Shown: positions 23,218-32,837 of the stretch, one piece after another | Layout of the letters: every line of letters begins with the position of its first letter | Position numbering within the stretch: the stretch's first letter is position 1 | The notes under the pieces: model-generated | Databases searched by the model: none | What the model saw: the letters and a program-made list of their open reading frames with translations, nothing else | Told to the model about the DNA's origin: nothing | Made by a program: the position numbers and the translations under genes | Source: Prorocentrum cordatum | Taxonomy: Eukaryota | NCBI GenBank assembly: GCA_963575745.1 | Contig: CAUYUJ010000174.1 | Location: 1-64,000 of the forward strand | Direction: 5' to 3' | Length of the DNA stretch: 64,000 nt

Positions 23218-25000
23218 TTATGTACCCCCTTGACGACCGTCGATCTTCATTTGCTTTACAAGTCCTTTCAGTATCGCTCGACACAGTTTATCTGGGTAGA
23301 CCTCTGATCTGTGCGTCCTACCGCCACCAGTTAACTCCATGTGTCGATGTTGCCCTTTACATTTCCAGCTTAACTCATGGCCAATGGCTGAACTGTTTGT
23401 CATGAACTTGGTCGGTTTCTTAATGAACATCTCTTCGCCTTTGACCATCTGCTTTAAGTCGTAACAGCACAAATCTCCATCGTATACTTTGACATCCTTG
23501 TTTCTGAGTAACCGTTGCACCGTTGAAGTGCCCCAGCTGGTTGCTCCTGCAGGGTGCTCAAACAGAAAGTATAACCCATTTCGCCGTTGAATTTCGCAAA
23601 GCTCCATCGCAAACGTCAAATGCTTGATCCCGTAATCCAACATCTGTTTCACACGGTCGGCACCTAATCTTTTAAAGTTGAACGTTTGGAGTCTGCTGAA
23701 GGCTGCGCACATGGGGCTCACCACCAGTAACAGGGCTGCTTTGGATTTGACAATCTTTTTCGCTTTCGCACGCATGGCTGGCACATTAAAATCCCATGGG
23801 TTACCATGTTGGTCTCGCGTCGTTAAGTCCATTGCTAATCCCGGTATCAATCCCATTTTTTCTGCCATTCCAGTAACTCTCACCGGCGAATACGCATCGG
23901 TCACGTGCGCCTGAGTCTCGTGTTGGCATGCCCCATGGAGCCTGGTGGCTCTCCTTACTTCGTTTAATTGACGTACGATGTTCAATTCCCCACTTGTCAA
24001 CCATTCAACCAGTTCAGAGTCAAATCCCATCATGTTGAGCCCCAATCTGATGTCGTTTACTTCTGACATTTCTTCATCTTGTTCCATATCAAGTTGACGA
24101 TGCTGAGTTGCCTGTTGATCTTCTTCGTCGTGGTCGCCCTCTGCTTTTCGTTTAATGGGTTTACTCGGGGAATCTTTCATTTCTTCATCTTCCACTTCGA
24201 ACTCGGTCCATCCGGTCCAGTAACCGTTAAAGGGGTTTCCCATAGCCCATGTTTGATCGTCTCCATCTTCACCATACCAAGCACCTTCGTGCTCATGTAT
24301 CTTGCCGCCGTCAATCATGATCGCGTGGGTATATCTTTTAGGCTTAAGTTTGTCCCAATCTACTGGGCACCCACCATTGGTGGGGAAGGCTAACTCTTTC
24401 CTCGGTCGTCGGTGCTGGCATATAACTTTGTTTCCCTTTATTACCCACTCGTCCTTAGGTTCCTCAACTTTGGCGCTCGGCGGAGGTGGTACATTGATCC
24501 TCAGTTTCTTCGCTTGACTTTCTGATTCTTGTTCGCGATTTTCTGGTGCACGACTTTTACTCTCAAGCCTTAACTGCGCAGACGCTAGCCTTGCCTGGAT
24601 GCTCGGGCTCTCTTGTTTCTTTAACCATTCAATAACTCGAGCCCTGCAATCAGCGTTATGCGGCTTGTGTTCTTTGTCTCCTCTCACGAGGCATTTACAT
24701 CCGTAACACCCTGGTGTCGGTCCCATTTTCAAGTATTCGTGCTTTTTAACTGCAATCCCTCGTGCAATGAGCGGCTTCGTCTCAGGCGCAGTTAAATCTT
24801 GCTCTGGTAGATCCATGGGTACCATGATCCTAGACTGTAATTCCATTCCCGCTGTGCTCGGGTCAGGCTGCCAAGGTAACCCCTTTATTTCGGTGATCTC
24901 GGCAATATTCCATCTTTCCGCATCACTTCCTTTTCTTTTAAACTCGTGCGCCTTGATTGCACCATTGGGCGCCCCAATAATTAGCTCTTCACTTTTCTCG
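23218..25000 (-). CDS. pol middle segment: integrase C-terminus, CxxC-H-C motif, acidic linker and C5 cytosine methyltransferase-like domain (~23250-23907)
   Basis: TPGCYGC...HNADC, then VTDAYSPVRV (motif I-like), LVVSPMC (motif IV-like, PxC instead of PC), FLFEHP (motif VI-like), DLCCYDL...KKPT (motif VIII-like) and YPDKLCRAI (motif X-like). Small indels separate it from the neighbouring ORFs. Confidence 0.75.
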
Positions 25001-25970
25001 TGCCTAGAAACACTCCACTTTCCCATCTCATTGCGAGCTTCTCGCGGCCTTTGTGCGCAGGTGTCTTCAAATACATGACACACTCACCAAACTCAGGAAT
25101 TTGCTTGTTAAACTTTCGCCCCCTGCACCTCTCATGGGCCGTCTTCCCATCCGTGTCTATTGTGAACTTGTTAATCAAAGAGGACGCGCAGCTCACCAGC
25201 CAAGGTATTATCTGATGGCTTTCACCAAACTCAGTCTTATAATTGGCATCTAAGGCGCTCTTTAACGTTCTGACCTGACCCTGCACTGTCCTAACGGCTC
25301 TCTCAATTTCGCCATTGGCCTTTGAGTCGCCGACTGGGCTAACTTCAACTCCCATGTCAAGATCACACGAAGCTTTAATCCTATTAGCCAGTGCTGTGAT
25401 TGCCGCTTCCCCATCACTTTTGAGTATCACCTTCTTGTATCCGGTAAAACTTATCATGTCACATCCTACTTTTACCGAGTACGAGTCCACTCCCTTTTTC
25501 ATCAACACTCTGCTCCAAGTTAATTTGGTCTCTCTGCAATGCATGGCCAAAATTGGATTGCCATTGCTGGTGCTTTCACCTTCATCCTTTCTTCCTTTAA
25601 GCCACATGTAGTCCATTGAAATCACTGGCACGTTTCCGTTCCCCTCTCTTTTGCGTCTACGGTGATTGCGTCTGCGCGCTTTCCCTCTAACGCAATGTGG
25701 GCGCCAGCTTCGGTAAGGCAAATGCGTCGTGTTATGCGCTTCAACTTCCTCCTTTGAGGGCCTCATGTCACAGTAAACTTTCTTTGGTAACTCCGCTTCA
25801 TCACCCGCAAATACATCTTCCACATCACTTAACTCACTATCGTTGCCCCCACTTTCACTTCCTTCGTCTCCTTCGGTATTAAAGACGTTTAAGTTTTCGC
25901 TTGGTCTTACGGGTGATGGGGGGCTTAGTAGAACAGATCCGCCTCCAGGGTTCCCGGCCGCGGAAAACCC
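24981..25970 (-). CDS. pol: integrase
   Basis: HNTTHLPYRSWRPHC (HHCC with one Cys replaced) and a DDE triad in ISMDY, KSDGE and NGEIER. The frame is open back to the slippery site at 25964-25970. Confidence 0.9.
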   Translation of the reverse strand, partial: GFSAAGNPGGGSVLLSPPSPVRPSENLNVFNTEGDEGSESGGNDSELSDVEDVFAGDEAELPKKVYCDMRPSKEEVEAHNTTHLPYRSWRPHCVRGKARRRNHRRRKREGNGNVPVISMDYMWLKGRKDEGESTSNGNPILAMHCRETKLTWSRVLMKKGVDSYSVKVGCDMISFTGYKKVILKSDGEAAITALANRIKASCDLDMGVEVSPVGDSKANGEIERAVRTVQGQVRTLKSALDANYKTEFGESHQIIPWLVSCASSLINKFTIDTDGKTAHERCRGRKFNKQIPEFGECVMYLKTPAHKGREKLAMRWESGVFLGTRKVKS

Positions 25971-28534
25971 TCAGTAACGTTCACTTCGCTCCTGGGATTG
26001 ACGGCCTCCGCTGGTCCCTTCGGTACTGTGATGTTGAACTGGAATGTGCCATTCTTCTCATGAATGGTTGTGAACTTACCGGTCGCCTTGTTCATGATGT
26101 GGCTCAGGGATCTCCCGTTAGAACCCTTGTCGAACACCACTCTATTTCCAGCGTTTACCATCTCTCTGACAGATCCTAGGACTTTGTTGACCTCTGCTAC
26201 CTGAATCGGCATACTGACGGCGCTCCCATGCTCATTTTTACCTGTGATCACTCGTTGACCATAATTCTTTATCGTGGTTCCATTTGCTGCACTGTAGTGT
26301 CGTCCCTGCTTTGACGCGCCCGTATGCTTAATAGGGAAATGAGTGCCAACTTTGGGGGGCCCCACTGTGTTGTATGCGCCGGAGTCCACGGTAACCACGA
26401 TCGTCTCATGCGTTGCACTTGGCGGTGGCACCGCGTTAATCTCTGGATCACAGCCCCGCATCTCAATTAGCCCAATTTCCTTGCACTTCTCCAGCCAACT
26501 TTTTTCCTGCCTCACGCTTTTACTTATTCTCTGGTCCCATTGACTAGTATGATTACAGTCCCCGTTACGCTGGTGTTCCTGATAAATTCTTTTCAAATTC
26601 ACCGCGTTGTTACGTGCCGTTTTCTTTCTGGCGTAATAGGGCAGGTCCCATTTCTCGTTAACCTCCTCGATTGCAGGCTGGTCTAGCGGCACGTTCATTG
26701 CTTCCTTCATCTCAACGCTGAGAACATGCTGTGGTTGGCCGAACGAGGTGGTTTGTTCAATCTCAGTGTTCACTGCAGGTTTCTCTTGCTCAACTTCGTT
26801 GGCGGTCTTCTTAGGGCCCGGACAGTTAATGGCGATATGCCCTTTTCCGCCACACTTGTAACACTCACGCTCGCTGTGCGGGGTGAACTTCCCTTGGCCT
26901 CCGTAGCTTCCTCCCCACGAGCTACTTCCTTTACCTCCCTGTTTGCCTCCGATCTTACCTTTCACATAGGATCCGTAAGTGGCTCGGTAACCTTTGCCTT
27001 TTCCGCCCTTGCCACCTTTACCTCCTTTGGTGAACTGTTTAGGTCTTGTGCAGTTTCTGGCTAAATGGCCCATGCCTCCACAATTGTAACACCTGGGGCC
27101 CGCTCCTTTACCTTTGCCTTTGTTTACGGCGTCAATTTCTTCATATTCTCCACCGTCGCTCTCATTGGCCCAGGACCCGTAATTCCACGATCCGTCTTCT
27201 GACCACCAGTTTCCATCTTCGTCAACCCATCCTGTTTGGTCCCAAACATTTTCGGACCCTTGACTCATCTCGTTGATATTCCCAATGTCCATTGCATCCT
27301 TATTTTTCGTATCTGAGTCAAGTTTCTTTTTACGCGCCCAGTCTTCGCACTTTGAGTACAATTTCTGAAATGAGTCAATGTTAAGCGCGTCAGGCGTTCG
27401 CCAACATGCCTGCTGCCATTCGTCGAACCAGTCATTCGCGTGCACCATTATGGCCCTGAGCGCGGTGACTTTAAAAGGAAGAGGCAGCGAGTAATCTTTA
27501 CCATATTTCTCAAGATTTTCTGCCAATGCGCTCCATTCCTCAAGTCGGGTAACGGTGTCAGTGATCTTCTTGGGCGGCTCAGGATTCATGGCATGCGTCA
27601 TTTTTGATGATAAGGTCGCTCCGGTTACCGCCGAGTACCATTTGTAAACCTTTTGCCAAGCCATGATTCCATCTCCATCCATCAGTCCCTTTAATTTTCC
27701 TCTGGCCTCCGCACCTTCAAGTTTCTCGTTCAGAATGTACCATAAGTCTTCCTCCATCTGAGTTTTGTCTCCCTCGGTGAACTCATATTCGCCTTTGTTG
27801 TCGTCCTCGGCCTGTTTGGCTTGATTCGCCTTCAGGTACTCACTTGCAGTTAATCGGCCGTTCATTATGCGTATGATGTCGTCATCGTCCTCCTCTGGTA
27901 CGACTCCGTCAAGCGTCTCCAGCTTCTTGTTTAGCATTTTCAGTGCCGGTCGGTAACTCGGCTTCACTTGGGCTAGTGCGTTCAAGAACTTGTCGTTCCA
28001 GTCTCTGAACTTTGCTCTTTCCCCACTGAAGTTCTTTAGCGCCTGTAATGCTTTATATTCGCTTATCGGTTTACTGCTCCCGTGCTTGCTTCCGCTTCCT
28101 CCTTTAATCGCTTCCGAGATCTGACCAAACCTTTCGATCAACTTTTCTTGTACTTCACTGTTGGTCTCCAACTCGGTGACTCTTTCCACCAATCTGCGAG
28201 CATCCCTTTCGAGTGCAGCGTTTCTCTTTGTGATCGCTAACAGCATGCTGTTGGTCTTGTGGGCACTCTGTAACATTTGGAACGCTTCGGCATTCGATAC
28301 CTCCCTTCGATCCTGTGTTACTCGCTCGTTAATGAACGTTGCGAGTCCGAAATGGTTCGCGAGTAGCGCCGTCTGAACGTAACTGAAGTCTCCGCTCATG
28401 TATGCTTGCTCGCACAGATCGTTGAAGCGATTCGGGTCCATGTTGACCCATGCATCTCTGTCTGCCGGCACATTGAGATTAACTGGCGGGTCGCCCTGCC
28501 CAGGTCTGGCCGCAGCTGCCGCTGCCGCTGCCAT
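25925..28534 (-). CDS. Gag-protease polyprotein (869 aa)
   Basis: Two CCHC knuckles (CYNCGGMGHLARNC and CYKCGGKGHIAINC) and the aspartic protease motif VTVDSGA. The ATG lies just downstream of the PBS. Confidence 0.93.
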   Translation of the reverse strand: MAAAAAAAARPGQGDPPVNLNVPADRDAWVNMDPNRFNDLCEQAYMSGDFSYVQTALLANHFGLATFINERVTQDRREVSNAEAFQMLQSAHKTNSMLLAITKRNAALERDARRLVERVTELETNSEVQEKLIERFGQISEAIKGGSGSKHGSSKPISEYKALQALKNFSGERAKFRDWNDKFLNALAQVKPSYRPALKMLNKKLETLDGVVPEEDDDDIIRIMNGRLTASEYLKANQAKQAEDDNKGEYEFTEGDKTQMEEDLWYILNEKLEGAEARGKLKGLMDGDGIMAWQKVYKWYSAVTGATLSSKMTHAMNPEPPKKITDTVTRLEEWSALAENLEKYGKDYSLPLPFKVTALRAIMVHANDWFDEWQQACWRTPDALNIDSFQKLYSKCEDWARKKKLDSDTKNKDAMDIGNINEMSQGSENVWDQTGWVDEDGNWWSEDGSWNYGSWANESDGGEYEEIDAVNKGKGKGAGPRCYNCGGMGHLARNCTRPKQFTKGGKGGKGGKGKGYRATYGSYVKGKIGGKQGGKGSSSWGGSYGGQGKFTPHSERECYKCGGKGHIAINCPGPKKTANEVEQEKPAVNTEIEQTTSFGQPQHVLSVEMKEAMNVPLDQPAIEEVNEKWDLPYYARKKTARNNAVNLKRIYQEHQRNGDCNHTSQWDQRISKSVRQEKSWLEKCKEIGLIEMRGCDPEINAVPPPSATHETIVVTVDSGAYNTVGPPKVGTHFPIKHTGASKQGRHYSAANGTTIKNYGQRVITGKNEHGSAVSMPIQVAEVNKVLGSVREMVNAGNRVVFDKGSNGRSLSHIMNKATGKFTTIHEKNGTFQFNITVPKGPAEAVNPRSEVNVTEGFPRPGTLEADLFY

Positions 28535-28537
28535 GGC

Positions 28538-28555
28538 AACCGCGCTCCGCTACCA
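28538..28555 (-). promoter_or_regulatory. Primer binding site, probably tRNA-iMet
   Basis: TGGTAGCGGAGCGCGGTT directly follows the CA of the 5' LTR. TGGTAGC is the complement of an initiator-Met-type 3' end. Confidence 0.8.
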
Positions 28556-28730
28556 TGCAAAACCCCGAGGAGGGTTCTGCACGGGAGCCTGGCAACAATG
28601 ATAACGATAGGTCACCTTTATACTCCCGAACGGCAAAGCAGGTCTATGTAGCTTCGACCGTTAAACACTTGAGCCAAAGGCAGCAGGGTTACTATTCCTC
28701 CCCTGTCACACGCACGCTTGCATGTTAACA
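28556..28730 (-). repeat. 5' LTR (175 bp)
   Basis: Direct repeat of 17987-18161. Confidence 0.95.
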
Positions 28731-29097
28731 CCTCCTCCTCCTCCTCCTCCTCCTCCTCCTCCTCCTCCTCCTCCTCCTCCTCCTCCTCCTCCCATCTCCT
28801 CCTCCTCCTCCTCTTCCTACTCGATGCGTTCGTCTTTAAGCAGAGCCCTCCTCGAGTTACTTGTGGTAGAAGTACCTCCTTCCTGCTTCACCCCCAGACA
28901 TGTTGGTAGGGCGGGCTGGGCGCTTCTCCTGAGACTTATTCACCGCTTATGATCCTGTGAATGTTACAACAGCTTCACGGACCGAGATCGGGTCATTCTC
29001 AAAAATGTGGCTCTCGCCTTAGCGCCGCGCACGCTCGTATTAGAAAATGAACCAAACGCGACCCCGATCAGGGTTAAGCTTGCCATTCCATGGGCGC

Positions 29098-29285
29098 AGT
29101 GCTTGGCATTGCTTAGCGATGCTTGAGATTGCTTGGCGTTGCCAGGCATTGCTTGGCACTGCTTGGCGTTGCTTGGCACTGCTTGGCATTGCTTGACATT
29201 GCTTGAAATTGCTTTGCATTGCTTGGCATTGCCTGGCATTGCTTCGCATTGCTTGGCATGCTTTCCATTTCTTGGCATTGCTAAG
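29098..29285. repeat. Short-period tandem repeat (GCATTGCTTG-like)
   Basis: Repeated ttggcattgc and ttggcactgc units. Confidence 0.85.
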
Positions 29286-32200
29286 ACTACGAAGCATCGG
29301 GGGCGGGGAACCCGAGTAACCCGGGGAATCCGAGGAACCTGAGGAACCATCAGAAACTAGGCAACGTATCAATAGGAAGCACCTGGGGCGGGAAACCCAA
29401 AGAACTCAGGGAACCCGAGGAACCTCCGGGAAACGGGCAACGTAGCAATAGGAGGCACCTGGGGCGGGGAACCCGAGGAACCCGAGGAACCTCCGAGCAA
29501 CGGGCAAAATAATAATAGAAGTAACCAACCCTTCATCAAGTAAGAAGTCCTTAGGCAAGCCTAGTTGGGACATTACAAAGGCTTCACGGATTGAGGGCGG
29601 GCCGTTTTCAAAATGTGGCTCTCGCCTTAGCGCCCCGCATTGTAAACATCTGCAAGAGTTTCACATATTTAGGGCGGTTCGTTTTCGAATTGTGGCTTTC
29701 GTCCAAGCGCCGCACACCCTCGTTTTTTTTTTGACTTGACAAGAGCTTCACGGATGGAGTGCCATTCCTGTTCAAAGTGCGGCTCTCGCCGTAGCGCCGC
29801 GCACAATCGTCCTAAACGCCTGCATGAATTTCATGGATGGAAAGCGGCTCGCTTTCAAGATGCGGTTATCGGCTAGGTACCGCGCGCATTCGCCTTAAAG
29901 GTCTGGTTTCAAAGCTGGAGGCCAGGCCGGCTTTTACAGGTGGTTCTCGCCCCAGCGCCGTGCAGTCTTTCGGCAACATGTCACGAGAGGTTCACAGATG
30001 GACGGCGGGTCGTTTTCAAAATGTGGCTCTTGCCCCAGCGCCGTGCACAGTCGTCTTCAAACTATCGCAACTGTTTCAAGGATTCGTAGGGGTAAAGTCC
30101 CAGACGCAACAGTAGTGTTGACTCGCGGTGCTAAAGTCCGAGGAGCGGTGTTCTGGCACGGTTTAGGGTTGTCAGGACGCAAGAGTCACGTCGACCCGCT
30201 GCGCTGAAGTCTCAAGAATGGGGTCTTGGCACGGCTGAGGTTGCTCATACGGTTGTCTTCCAATGGGGCACTTCCCGCAATGACGAACATCTTGTATGGG
30301 CCTATGAAGGGGAAACTTGGAGGAAGGGTGTACTGCAATTTCGTTGATGAATCTTGAGTTTACACTGGTTATCCTCCTACTCGCCCTCCTTCCTCTTCCA
30401 CTGCTGCCCCCTCCCTCCTTCTCTCCCAACACCTCCACTTCCACCTCCGCCTCGTCCTCCTCCTTCTCCTGACCCTCCTCCTCTTCCTACTCCGTCTCCT
30501 CATTCCTCCTCCATTTCTTCCTCCTCCTCCTCCTCCTCCTCCTCCTCCATCCTCCCCCTCCTCCTCCTCCTCCTCCTCGTCCTCCTCCTCCTCCTCCTCC
30601 TCCTCCTCCTCCCTCCTCCTCCTCCTCCTCCTCCATTTCTTTCCTCCTCCTCCTCCTCCTCCTCCTCCTTCTCCTCGGGGCGGGGCCACGGCCGAACAAG
30701 AAAACACCCGAGCAGGAGCCCGGAAGGCCAAGGCGGACAGCCCTGGTGGACGCCCACGGCGACGCCCTGGGCTGCCAGAGCAGCCCGGGGCGCTCGGGGA
30801 GGAGGACAACGACCAGGACCACGGCGCACATGGCAGGCAGATCTCTGAATCCACGAACTGGGTGCGGAAGCTTGAGGGCAGGAGGGACGGACAAAGGGGG
30901 GCTGGGGGGGGGGCGGGGAGGGGCGGTCGTAGCGTCGTGGTGGTGGCGGTCGTCGTGGGGGTGGTCGTGGAAGCATTGGTGGTGACCACGTCCTCCTCCT
31001 CCCTCCATCCCCCCCTCCCTTCCCTCCTCCTCCTCCTCCTTCTCCTCCTTCTCCTCTTCCTCCTCCTCTGCTGCGTTCTCCTCCTTCTCCTCCCTCCCCT
31101 CCTCCCTCCTCCCTCCTCCCTCCTCCCTCTTCCTCCTCCTACCCCTCTTCCTCCTCCTCCTCCTTCTCCTCCTCTCGTCGGGGGGGAGAAGGCGTCCCAA
31201 GCCAGCACGCCAGCGGCACCTCCTCCTCCTCCTCCTCTTCTTCTACTTCTTCTTCTTCCTCCTCCTCTCCTCCTCGTCCTCCTCCTCCTCCTCCACCATT
31301 CAATTTTCCGTGTGAATAACTCCTCCCTGTCGCGCCCCGAGGCCAGTCGGAAGGGCGGCCGGGCGTGTCGCCTGAGACTTCCTTTCGACGCATGAGCCCC
31401 AAGCTGAACAACTTGCAACAGCTTCACAGATGGAGGGCGGGTCGTTTTCAACATGTGGCCCTAGCCTTAGGGCCGCGCACATTCGGTTTAAAACTTTGCA
31501 AGAGCTTCATGGATTGCGGGTGGGTGGCTTTCAAAATGTGGTTTCGCCTTTTCGCCGCGCACATTCTTGTTAGAAATCCTTCAGAGCTTCACGAAGTGAG
31601 GGTGGGTGGTTTACGAAATGTGGTTTTCGCCTTTTCGCCGCGCACATTCGCTTTACAAGTCCTTCAGAGCTTCACGTATGGAGGGTGGGTGATTTACGAA
31701 ATGTGGTTCTCGCCTTGCCGCCGAGCACATGCTTTTAGAAATCCTTCAGAGCTTCACGGATTGAGGGTGGGTGGTTTACGACATGTGGCTCTCACCTTAA
31801 CGCCGCTCATATTCGTTGTACAACTTTGCAACAATTTCAAGGCTGCTCGTGATTTACGTACCAGAAGTGGCGTGTTTGAGCGATTCAGGATTGACAGAGC
31901 GCAACAGTACTGCTAATTCACTGTGTTCGAATCCCACACGTGATTTTCTGGCACGATTCAGGATCGTCCAGACGCATCAGTTAAGTTGACTCTTGGTGTT
32001 GAAATTCGGAAAATGATGTTTTGGTGCGCGTCAGGATTTTCAAACGGCTGTCCCCCAACGCTGTAGGTGCCTATGAAAAAAAGGAACTTGGAGGAAGGGT
32101 GTATCCCAACATCGTTGATGAGTCGTGAATTTGCTCTGGTCCTCCTCCTCCTCCTCCTCCTCCTCCTCTCCTACTCCTCCTCCCTCCTCCCTCCTCCCCT

Positions 32201-32837
32201 CTCCTCCTCCTCCTCCTCCTCCTCCTCCTCCTCCTCCTCCTCCTCTCCTCCTCCTCCTCCTCCTCCTCCTCCTCTTCCTCACTCCTCCTCCACTTCCTCC
32301 TCCTCCTCCTCTCCTCCTCTCCTCCTCCTCCCCTCCTCCTCCATCTCCTCCTCCCCCTCGTCCCTCGTCCTCCTCCTCCTCCTCCTCCTCCTCCTCCTCC
32401 TCCTCCTCCTCCTCCTCCTCCTCCTCCTCCTCCCTCCCCCTCGGCGGGGGCGACTCCACGCAGGTGATGCCCCAATCGATGCCGCTGTTGTGGCCCGCCC
32501 CGTCCACCCCGGAGCGCGCCTTGGGGGCGGTGGCGGCGATTCGCGGGCACAGGCGCGGGGAGGGCCCAGAGGCCGAGGCCGTCTGGGAGGAGGATCTTCA
32601 GATAACTATTCGGAAGGGGAGGGAGAGGAGGAGGGGGAGGGGGAGGAGGAGGAGGAGGAGGAGGAGGAGGAGGAGGAGGAGGAGGAGGAGGAGGAGGAGA
32701 AGAAGGAGGATGAGGAGGAAGAGGAGGAGGAGGAGGAGGAGGAGGAGGAGGAGGAGGAGGAGGAGAATGAGGAGGAGGAGGAGGACACGCACATGGCTTG
32801 GGGGTGTTCGATGTGCGCCGCGAGAGAGCGCGGCCGA

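Larger units (their letters stand above)
17987..28730 (-). mobile_element. Full-length Ty1/copia LTR retrotransposon with a DNMT-like domain and an extra ORF3
   Basis: Two 175-bp LTRs with TG...CA ends and 2 mismatches by eye, plus PBS and PPT. Domain order is gag-PR-INT-(DNMT)-RT-RNase H, followed by an extra ORF. Both flanks are (CCT)n. Confidence 0.95.
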
